From Phoronis australis (lineage: Eukaryota > Animalia > Phoronida), in contig NMRA01000009.1 in assembly GCA_002633005.1 (NCBI GenBank), forward strand, positions 1,225,169 through 1,289,168: a stretch of DNA of 64,000 nt. The letters run 5' to 3'. This document shows positions 39,601 through 51,600 of the stretch, in pieces. The first letter of the stretch is position 1; each line of letters begins with the position of its first letter. Both the position numbers and the translations under genes were made by a program. The notes beneath the pieces are model-generated. The model was given only the letters and a program-made list of their open reading frames with translations, did no database searches and was not told the DNA's origin.

Positions 39601-42600
39601 TACAGAAGTGGGTGGAAAAGTGGACACCAAATTACTAATGTAGCAAAAGAGAGCACAGCACAAGTTGGGACTGTCCCAAAATGGGAAGGAGCAGTCATAG
39701 GAACACATCTACTATAAAATTTCATAAAAATGACCCAGAGAGTTTAGGACAATGTGCAGAATGCAGATGTTGAATGCCTATCATGTACAATTGATATGAC
39801 AGAAACATGCACATCCACATCTATACGTGGATGTTTAAAAAAGAACTATCAAAAAACAAGGGTTTTAAATTACTGATTGAGGGTGGTTAATTTCACCCAA
39901 AGATCTTAAAGCTCTTGACCTGGTTTTGAGACACCAAAAGCTGTTGTAAAAATCACTGACTGTAATGTATAATCTGACTGGATGGACACTGTACTAAACA
40001 GGTGTGAAAACAGCACAGCCAACTCATCGCTACCTGGTGGTCCCTGAATCAAGCTGAACGCACTCTGCAAGGCTTGTACTACTGCATCCCTCTGGCCCCC
40101 ATTAGGTTGGGGCAAACCAGGCACAGATGGATCAACATGAGCGCCAACAAAGATGTTACCTGAAACACATTTCAAAAACAACACACTGAAAACTATCAAC
40201 AACAACTATGAACACACATCTGCCAGTGAGACAAAATTGTGCTCGACCACTTCCTAATTCATGAAATTTTATACAATAGTATAAACTTTGTAAAAATAAA
40301 AAGACGAGTGTCGGTACTAAAATATATTAAAATATTCCCCACCCTTCGACCGATGCGCTCTTTATCAAGGGTATGATACAGACTGCCAATGGACAGTGGG
40401 GTACACATGACGAGAGGAAGGTCTAAACAGAAACGGGTATATAGCTACTGGAGTCTATTCAATACAGATTTGTAGTGAGATAGAACCCCTATGTCCCTGT
40501 TTATACCTCTGGCGTGACTATTGAATCTGGCAATCAACTTGGCCTCGCATTTTCTCTGTGAGTGGATGTCCGGCAGCCCCCCTTTGACTACCAGTGTTGA
40601 GTTCGAACCACTTTGGGCTATAATTAACACCCCCCTTCCTGAAGCGAATTTTTCAAGTGCCATGGGCACTTATTAGGACGAATACGGTAGTTGTTTTTAC
40701 CGGAAAATCAACTGGTGTCGACGCAGTGCCATCACATACCTCTTTTGTTCACTAAAATCCAACAATTGGTTGTTTAGATATCATCAGGGAACGCCCTAAT
40801 CTCCCAAAAATACGGAAAAGCCCTTGTTGAGACAAATGAACACTAGGGGTGCTACAGTACTAAAATCTACTTGAAAATCAATTGGTGCTGCCAGAAAGCC
40901 ATCAAATACCATTGTATTTAAATCCCTCAATCAGTTCTCAAGTTATCAACCAGAAATGCGCCTTGCTCACATAAGTATCTAGAAACTCTGTCGATACCAA
41001 AATGGCCACTAGGGGATGCTGCTCAGGTCAAATTAACCCGAAAATTGACTGTGGCCAGCACTTAGCCGTTACACCTCGCAAAGGTTTACTGAAATTGTTA
41101 CTCGAAACACTCTTCCCAAAAGTACTGAAAAAGCCCCTTGTCAATAACAAATTGGCCACTGATCAAATTGCTTGAGAAATGACTGGCGCCAGGCATCACA
41201 TACCTGTGTCAAGCTTCTTAAAAACCTGTCAGGTTGAAAAGTGACATGTACCGCCTTTAGGTGATGCCAAATATTGTCAAAATCCAATCGGGGCTTTTTG
41301 ACAGATAGAGTAGACAACTGACTGACAGGACAACCGGACAGCATAACACACAACGTTATTGCAAAACTCAAGCTCAAAAACCTAATATACCGTATTCGCC
41401 CTAATAAGCACCCGCCACAGGTTTTCAGACTTCGCTAAAATAAGCGCCCAGCCCATAAAGGAGTATACATGCGAAAAATGCCTTACCTACAGTTCTAAAA
41501 TTCTACAGTAACGTCTTCAATTTATCAATAATATCCAAAAGTCCTGAAAAAATCATTGTGCGCGGAATTCCTAGACCACGAGCTTCGCCGCTATGCCGGT
41601 ATTCAGCCATGACTGTACACTTCAAACTTCCGCAGTGCTTCAAACGCAAAACTTTTGCTGCTCTTGCGAGGAAAGTGTCCCACAATGGTCAGGCGTTTCA
41701 GAACAAACATAGCATACTTGTTAACGGGATTGTATTGTATCTTTCCCTCAACAGGAATCGAGATTTCTTTGTACACATGAAAACCACGAATCGAAGAGTA
41801 ACTAACAAAAACTTGACCAGTGTTAAAAGCACGTGGCCAAGAAGCGCGCACTACACACACGTAGGCCTGCTACTCTGGCAAATAAACTCTGATAACACGC
41901 ACGCGCTCGTTCCATGCTATAAACATTCCCACTAAATAAGATTGGTCCTAACCCCGCTTGTCAAGGTAAACGATGGGGTTTGGAAAATTGAACTAGTCCG
42001 TATTTATCCACCTTGGCTGAGTCGCACTCGGCTCACGATCAAAGGGATGCCGCCAAGCTGCTCTATATTCATCGAGTCACGAGCGAGGATAATTGGCTTG
42101 GCTCGTGTGGATATGATCAGCTGATTACAATCTACCCAGCAGACTGTACTTTTTATGGAGAGAGTTTTAAGTAGTTTTTACTGTAATATTTGAAAAGAGG
42201 AGCGAAAACAAATATGAGTACAACATTTACTTTGAATATTTCAAATCAGCCCAGGATAAGAGATTTTGCAACACAACAACACTCACGATTACTTTCATTC
42301 GGCGCGCACGAATACAAAAATATAGGACCCAAGTTATTTAGATTTTGGAACACATGCATTGCAATATTCAAAATATGTTTATTATGAATCTTACAAGCTG
42401 TAAAACGACGTTGTTTAATTTCATTGTGCTCATTCATTGTCATCCGTCCAAGATGTGATCTGCGGTGTGCGCGTATGTGTACAAAACACGTGATTGTTAT
42501 GTTCCTGAAGTACGAAAATTAAGAAACTTTAGCATGCCGTTATTATTGACAGGGACACGATAAAACGAATTTGGATTTTGACTATAGTCTTGATACAGCG

Positions 42601-45600
42601 ATCTGGCTGACCACTGCGTCAGTGTCTCCGTTAGACCCAGAAATTTCACACAGTCCGGGTAGTTCACCTAGTCCCCAACATGTACTAGATAGAGCCTTGG
42701 ACTATTAATACTCCATGGTAGAGCTAACGACCGTCGGCCTGTGCACACAAAGTCTGTGAGTTAACCAGCACTCACCTTGCACGTTGCAGCCGTTTAAGTG
42801 AAAAACAATCTAGTTAACGCCATTTTCTTGCATAATCCTCCGCCTTTTGTAACAAAAAAGTCTGTCGTCGATGACCCGCACACGCACACTCACTCACTCT
42901 CATACGCAGACGGGAACTTCAAAACAAACGTCACGTGACAACAACATGTGTGTTCATCCAGAGATTTTTCTGGTGTTGTGGGGCACGATGTAGCGCAGAT
43001 TTGGACTTAATCGCAATTAATCTGGACTCCACATGAACTTTAAAAATTGTAAAACATAAGGAAGATTTCAGGTAGTTTGTTGAGTCGAAACTATATTTTT
43101 ATTCAAGAGTTCATTAGTTTTCCTATTGACGATCGCGATTCAGCGATGCACCATTCGGCAAGTTTTCACCCTGTGATGAGCACAATTTTTTGAAAAATTA
43201 TCGTAATTTAACAACGGAAGTTGATAGCAATGCACCACAATTTTGTAGAAAGACTGTCATAGGCTGCAAATACGTCACAGAGCGTAAATTTGATGAATCC
43301 TAGCTTCCCACTTTACCAGTTTGGGAAACCGGGCGTGCGTTCAGTAGACGCTAGGACCTACGCTAGGACCTAGCTAAAATCTAGTCAAAGTCACGTGCTC
43401 TCCTTTAAAATACATGGCAATATCTCACGTAATCTTGCGAAGTCTTGCTTTTTAGCGAGGTCCTAGCGTTACTGAACGGGAGGCGGGTTTCAACTGCCGT
43501 ACGCTGCAATAAGTGTCCCCTCCCCGTGAAATGAATTTTTCTAAGCGTTTATTAGAGCCAATACGGTATACAGCTTTCCACCAAGGCTAGGTGATGCTAC
43601 GACGTTATTCTTTGTTGCATTAGTAACTGGTCTTGGCTAATTATCATTTGATAGCCTGGTCATCCATTCAGCCAAAAGTAGTTCCAGAGGTGGCTTATCA
43701 GCCATTCACGCATGCTGACTCACAAAAGAAGCCAGATAAGAGTGAAGGTGGATAAATGTGGTGTTCCTACAGTTTCTTGTGGTAGTGGATGTGTTCACGA
43801 CATGTCACTCAGCATACACCTGCAGACTAATTTCAAAACAAATGTCACGTAACAACATGTGTGTTCGTCCACATTTTTCTCATGATGCGGGGTGCGATCT
43901 AGCGCAGTTAATCCCGACTCCACAGGAACTTAAAAATCTTAGGGACGCTATTTGGAAAACTTTTAAGGTAATTTGTCCAGTTGAAACTATTTTTATTCAA
44001 GAATTCAAGTTGCCCTATTGACAAATGCGAGGTAGCGACGCATCAGTCGACGAGTTTTCGCCCTGGGATTTCCGCACAATTTTCTGAAAAAAGATTGAGA
44101 TTTAAGAGCGAAAATTGATAGCAATGCACCACAACTTTGTGGAGAGTCTGTCATAGGTTACAGATATGTTGCAGCGCATAAATTTGATGAATCCTAGCTT
44201 CCGATTTCACCCGTTTCCGAGACCGGGTTTCAACCACTTTCGGCTACAATAAGCGCCCCACTCCCGAAACGTATTCACCCTAATAAGCGTCCAGGGCGCT
44301 TATTAGGGCGACTACAATAGTCTACTACTGGATTTACCTTTCAACTTTTCTGGTCTCCGCCCGTAAGCAATTGCATTTGCGAGTTGTGAAACATTATTGT
44401 TTTCAAACATCATCATGGCCTTTAACATTCGTCTGGAATAATGAAAGTTGAAGGTGATACAAAATGCCAATAGTTCGGTGGTGTATCCAATCTAATGTTG
44501 AGTGTTAGAATTTTTAAACTCTCACACTTGTAAGTTTAGTGGATAACCCTAAAATGAAAATGAACCCTGCACAAATAAAACTTCTCCATTATAGATATGA
44601 CCAACAATTACGAATTAAAAGAAGATAGATGTGTGGGTGCATAAAATCTAGTGACTTGATACAAAAAAAGCAACGCGGAGCGTTGAAATGCGCCCACAAA
44701 TGCATTGCAAAAGGTGTGCTTTTAGGGTTATTTATTTTATCATAAAAATAGCCACTAGATGGCGCAAAAACATACAATCCATCCAAAAACAGGAACATGC
44801 AGTATTTCATAAAAATCTGTCAAGGAACTTCAGAGAAACAAAGGAAAACAGAATAAAATGAAATTGCCACTAGCGGGCACAGTGTCCGTTGGATCTGCCT
44901 TTGAAGATTCCGAGTTAAACGTAAAAAACTAAAATTGTCTCTAGGGGGCACAGCAGTAGTCAGATATGTCCCAAAGTCGTGGTCATCCGTAGTCAAAATC
45001 ATATAAATACACTTCCTAAATTAAGTAAAGATCCTGCGAACGGAGATAAAGACGTTTGGTTGATGGAGGGGTGGACGCAAAAAAACAGACTTGAAAACAG
45101 TAAAAATGGCCACTAGGTGGCGCAAACTACATCAAATCCATCCGAAAACAGAAGGATAGCGTCATGTCACTAATAGGTGCCTACATATTAAATTTCATGA
45201 AAATACGTAAAGCACTTTTGAAGATACAAAGGAAAACGTAAAAAAAATTGCCACTAGGGGGCACACCGGTAGTCGGATCCATCCAAAAGTCGTCGTCATT
45301 TGTTGTTAACATCATATAAACGCACTTACTATATTTCGTAAAGATCCTGCGAACAGTTTAGGAGATACAGCCATAGGCGGAAAAAAATCAAAACTGCCAC
45401 TAGGTAGCACAACAGTACTCGAAATCGTCGGAAAATCATAGTCAACCGTCCTCTTTATAGTAAGCACATACATGCCAATTTTCACAACCATCCTTAGAGC
45501 AGTTTAGTTGATAGAGGGGTGGACGCAAAAAACAGACTCGAAAACAGTAAAAATGGCCACCAGGTGGCGTAAAATACGTCGAATCCATCCGAAAACGGGA

Positions 45601-48600
45601 GGATAGCGTCATCTCACTAATAGGTGCCTACATATCAAATTTCAAGAAAATCCGTTCAGGACTTTTGAAGATACAAAGGTAAGCGTAAACAACTAAAATT
45701 GCCACTAGGGGGCACATCGGTAGTCGGATCCGTCCGAAAGTTCGCTCATGCCGTCCCATTCATAAATGGAACATATGTGCCAAATTTCATGTACGTATGT
45801 TAAAGGGTTTTGGAGTTAGAGCAGCGGACGCCGGACGGATGGAGATGACGGCATAATGCGTCCACATATAAATATGTGGGCGCATAAAAAAGCAACAAGG
45901 TCACTAAATAATACCAAAACCAAAAGGCTCTTCTCATAAATTCAAGCATTCATTACTACATACAGTAACGGAGTCATTAAAACTTAAATGTAAACAAGAG
46001 CACCGCAGTACACTGAAATGCCCCCACAAATGCACCGCAAACTGTACTTCAAAGGTTGTTTGTGTCCTACAAATGGCCACTTAATATGGCGCACAAACGC
46101 TTAATCCATCCGAAAATGAGAAAATGCCATCGCTTCTTTTATAGAAAGCTATTTACCAAATTTCATAAAAATCTGTCAAGGAACTTCAAAGAAACAAAAG
46201 AAAACAGGAAAAAATGAAATTGCCACGAGGAGGCACAGCATTTGTTGGATCCGCCTGAAAGTCGTCGTCATCGTCTGTTGTAAGCTTCATATAAATACAC
46301 TTACTAAATTTAATGAAGATCCTGCTGTGGATTTAGCAGATACAGCTATGGGCGCGAAACAAAACTAAACTACCACTAGGTAGTAAGTCGTCATCCTCAA
46401 CCGTCCTCTTCACACTGAGAACATAATATGCCAATTTTCAAAACCATCCTTCATGGCTTGATTGATAGAGGGGTGGACGCCAAAAAACAGAATCGAAAAC
46501 AAATGGCTACTAGGTGGTGCAAAATACCTCGATTCCGTCCGAAGACAATAGGATAGTGTCACTTCACCAATGGATGCCTATATTCCAAATTTTATTAAAT
46601 CTCATTTTGTTGAAGACCTTTGAAGATACAGAGGTAAACATAAAACTAAAATTGCCACTAGGGGGCACACCAGTATTCAGATCCGTCTGGAGGTCAACTT
46701 GTCAAATCCAGAATATTGTGCAGTTTAATGCTTTTTTGTCACTACCCAAGCTGCAGACAGACTTGAGAACTGAACTGCCTAACAGGCACAACGTCAAATT
46801 TTTTTCCGGCTATCATTATTCGCGTTACTCCCTGCTGTTCATCTATATCGGGAATTACGATAGTTGCAATGCATCTATGCACCAACCATTAGAGTAAAAC
46901 CATGCTTGATACTCCACATAATGGTCATCTCGTGTTATCAATTGCTTTTTGAATATTCTCAACTTTTGGGATGGTTAGCTAAGCAGTTTGAGCTAATATT
47001 TCTTTATTATTCCGAATATTTGGACTATTTGGTCCAGTACAGGTGACTCTAGCAAAACATGATTTTAATTCAAGTTAAAATCTAGGGATTAGGAATTGTG
47101 CTGTCAAAAACTGGGTCATAGAATAATGTTTTGAGTGAGCAATGTTAGTGTCTTTTTCGAGACCAATGCAGCCACCTGTGTCCACAGCATATTGCGCACC
47201 TTTTCAAAGTACACTTACGTGTGCTTATAACACAAAGTTTGGTACATGTACCCGTATATGAAAAACACTACCGTAAGTAAACCTGGACCTATATACATAC
47301 ATATGCAGTAATTAAGGGTTCCACCATTTCATATTAGCAGAATTTTAACACTGCACCAAACACATTCCACATGATCAAGCCACTCCATAAAGAAATTTTG
47401 ATTTTGAAGCAAACTTAGGGGCTTCAGCCAGGCTGGCCACAAAGCAAGGTAATTAGGTCTGGTCAGTCAGTGGAACACAGTAGTGGATAGGCAAATCAGC
47501 TGAATTGAATTACAGCTATCTCCCACAAAACTTTTGTGAGGAAAAACCTCTACACTACAGAAATTTTTTATGAGGAATTCCAATGTTAGCTCTTTTTCTG
47601 TGCACAAAAAGGCAACTCTTATCTTAAAGTACAACAAAGTGTAATCAAGTAAAATTTTCTGACTGTCCAGAATTGCCTGCCTGCAACTCCGGACAGTCCA
47701 TCACGACATTATAATGCTATGCAATTATAACAGTCACCATTTTAGGTATTCCACATTACTGATGTAAGTTCTTCATGACTCAAGACACCCATTAGGGCCT
47801 GTTTATAAACACTATTCATGGACATGGTGTAGGAGGTGGCCAAGTTGTTAAAACATACATTAAACAACTGTGTTCTCAAAGCTAGCCCCCCATCTTTAGC
47901 GGGCTATGCAGTCTCAAGCTCTGCATTTTCTAGGGTCTCTGGTTTCTAAGGTTTACAGTTTCTAAGTCAATTTTGAGACACTTCACATAGTAGTGATGGA
48001 GAAGATTATTTTACCCAATCTAAACCAATATACCAACCTGTCAGGAAGTAGCTTCTCTGTCCATTCAACTGTGCACCCAAGAGTGTTGTGAGATTGTAAC
48101 AGTTCAGTTGGCAAAGGAACGCTAGAGCTGTGGAGGCGATACGAGATGACAAACTCATTTTTTTGTTCATCAAACAAAACGTCAGTAGTAACAGCATGTC
48201 CAACCCAACAAACGTTCTGGATATTTTCATTTAGAATACCTATTGAAGGCAGTGTTTCACACATTCTTGTCCCAGTGTAGTGAAAGCAAAGGTAGTCACC
48301 AGCAACAGCATGTTTTTGAACGAGTGGTAGGTCTTTATTGCTTGGAACCCCAGAAGCTTCTTTCACCCGGGTTGGAACAAAATGTATGCTTCGACTGGCA
48401 CAAAACTCTGCATTTAGGACAAACCTGCAAGTAAAATTACAGCTGCAGAAGCGTAATCGACTTACTTGTCTAACACATGAATGATACTGCAACCATCGGT
48501 TTGCAGGTATATTGGACAACTCAGAGCGCTTATCCTTTACAGTAAATATAAGCAACATTGGCTGCAAAAGGTCATGCATGCACTGTTTCATTACACACCT

Positions 48601-51600
48601 ACGCAGTGGAATGATTATGTCGATTAACTGGTAGGCCAATCGCAATACACCCGTTTATCAATTTAACAGTGGCAAACAAATGCTTACATAGTCCAGCTCT
48701 CTCATTGTCTAGTTTCATCTGATGAGCTCAGTAATGCAGCAATTATGTTGTAAACAGCATGCCTGACGCTAACTGTTTGTTTATCCCAAATTCCTCACCT
48801 AATAGCGAAGTTGCAACCGAATAGGTTAAACGATTGCGCATGTCCGGAAATTAGGGTGCGCAAAGGCTACTGGGATTGATTAGGGTATGTAGAATGGCCG
48901 ATTGGTTTGCACGACGTGTGATTTGTGTGCATTTAACTACGCTGCTGTATGTAATAGTGCCGCTATTCACCCTAATAAGCGCCCGTGCCCCAATAAGTGC
49001 CCCAACGCGTTTTCAGACTTCGCTAAAGTAAGCTCCCAGCCCATGAACTACATGCGAAAAATGCCTTACCTACAGTTCTAACGTCTCCAATTTATCAATT
49101 GAAAGATCCCACAGTCCTGAATTTGTAGACCACGAGCCTCACCGTTATGTCTGTATACACTTCAAACTTACGCCGCAATTCAAAATGAACGGAAAAGTTT
49201 TGCTGCACTTGTGAGGAATGTGCCCCACTACGCGGGTCTGGACTTTAAAACAGACGCAGCATACTTGTACATGTGAAAACCGTGAATTGAAGACTAATGA
49301 AAAAACTCGACCAGTGTTAGCACGCGGCCAGAAGCGCGAGCTGCATAATGTACCGGCTCTCATCAAAGACATTTAGTCGGGAACTATCTATTCATGAAGC
49401 GGGTAACATAGCATCCGCAAGAAATAAATATTGGCACTAATTTCCGAAAGTTTCTAATACCGTAAAAAAACTTTTACATCACCTTTAAGAGAAATTATTT
49501 AACTAATCATAATTGGTGTTTTTAAAGTCAAAATGACCCACGGATAATGAACACATTCGCACCCTCACACCCCGTATCTTCAGGAAAATAGCTGTTACGC
49601 TACGGTCACGCATTCACTCACCCGGCGACTCAATGAGTGACATATCGGTCTTACCGAAACAATTCTCGAACGTTTTTTACCAGATGAGGCCAGCAAGTGC
49701 TAAGCTAAATATTAGAACACGCTCTGCTTGACTGCTTGAGTTAATTTCTTTGAATACAATGCACGCCTAGATCATTACATCGCATTTACTCTGGCAAATG
49801 AACTCTGATGACAAGCACAGGCACGCTTAATCTCACACACACGCATACAAACTTCAAAACAAACGTCACGTGACAACATGTGTGTTTCTCCAGAGATTTT
49901 TCTCGTGTTGCGGGCTACAATCTAGCGCAAATTTGGACTTAATCTGCAGTTAATCCAGACTCCACAAGAACTTAAAAATCTTAGAGACGCTATATGGAAA
50001 ACTTGAGGAGGATTTCAGGTAATTTGTTGAGTCAAAGCTGTATTTTTATTCAAGAATTCAAGCCCTATCGACGATTGCGAGACCGGCAGCTACGCATTTG
50101 TCGGCGAGATTTCGCCCTGGGATTTCAGCCCCATTTTTTGAAAAATGATCGTAATTTAACAATGAATTTTGATAGCAATGCACCACAATTTTGTAGACAG
50201 TAAATAATAATATTCTGCACGCTTTATCTTAGCGCGTTAATGCATATAGTGTGCGTACGTTAAGTGAGTCAACCCAGAACAGGTGATTGTGCAGATGGGC
50301 ATTATCCTCAAAATTGCTCTCATGTTAGCTTGGCTCTGGTCATGCGAAAACAAGACAGTTTTTTTTCACTACCATCCGCCGTGGAGTATTTGTTACTGTT
50401 TCTTTCAAGAGAAATATCGTTGGGCAGTTTCCAAGATACGTTTTCTTGCCGCGCTGCATACTTTATGCTACGACGTCGGAAAGAATTGACAAAGTCGGCC
50501 TTTGCTACCAGCTCTACCGATGTGTCTGATCCATGTTTAACGCAATTCTTGATCCTTGGGAAACAGGTAGTAACTAAATTCTTTATCTCGCTATCTGGTA
50601 TTATAGCAGCCAGGCACACAACATGTATAACCTCCCTGTGGCCGGTTCGCCCCCACGCTTGCCGACATACTTGTTACCGGCTTTAAACCACAATGCAACA
50701 TTCTGACCCATTTCCAATATGGCGGCGTTGCAACTCCGCTATTCTCACTCAAATTGTACAAGTCCAAATTCTCACTCAGAAATTCCCAGTAGATTCTCCC
50801 AATTTTTACACCATGCACTGAATAAAGCACACTCCTTAAAATTCTCACTGGATTCTCACTTGAATTTCTCATTCAAGTGGTATGTATAGTGAGAATATCA
50901 ATAGAATCTCATTGGAATCCAGTGACATTTCATTCTTTTTCATATTTTCATACAGGAGGGGACTACATACAAACATAGTGCTGCATCATGTCTGAAATTT
51001 TTTGCACCATATTTGGAAATCTTGAGTCATGCATGAAAAGGACGTCATATTTAAAATTCCTATGCCATATCAGAATAGCCATTGTTCCACTACAAGACAA
51101 ATGATTAAAATAATGTCACAGAGCGGCACTTATTTTTATTATTTTCCACTGAAAATGATAGTGACCCACCCGGCAAGTGAAAATCATGTTTAACTTACAG
51201 TTGCTCTTGTGAATGAACAGAAAGGATATTAAGACACTGGAACATGACATAAAATTTGCATCAAGTTTGAATATTTGCTAAGGAAGAGGTAGAAGTAACA
51301 CTGGAATGGTAGTGAGGAGGGGTGGCCGTCAACAGAAATTTTTGGAATTTAGGCACACCAGAATTTTCGTGAATTATGATGTACTTTCGACTCCTTGCGG
51401 ATTCAGTGTCAATTCATAGATGAATCCTCTAGTCACTTCATTTGTATCACTGGGACATACTAAAGCTCTAGACACCTTGAAAGCAATCAAGTCTAGATCA
51501 GGCTATTTATAGTCATTAACTCCTTTAGTATGTCCAAATTATGCAAGTAAAGTGACTAAAATGTGACTAAACTAAGCCAACTTGACTTAGTTTTTGGCAT

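Noticed and set aside
50264-50872. Intact protein-coding ORFs of 68-140 aa
   Set aside because: Alternative or antisense frames over a broken THAP remnant with an in-frame stop.
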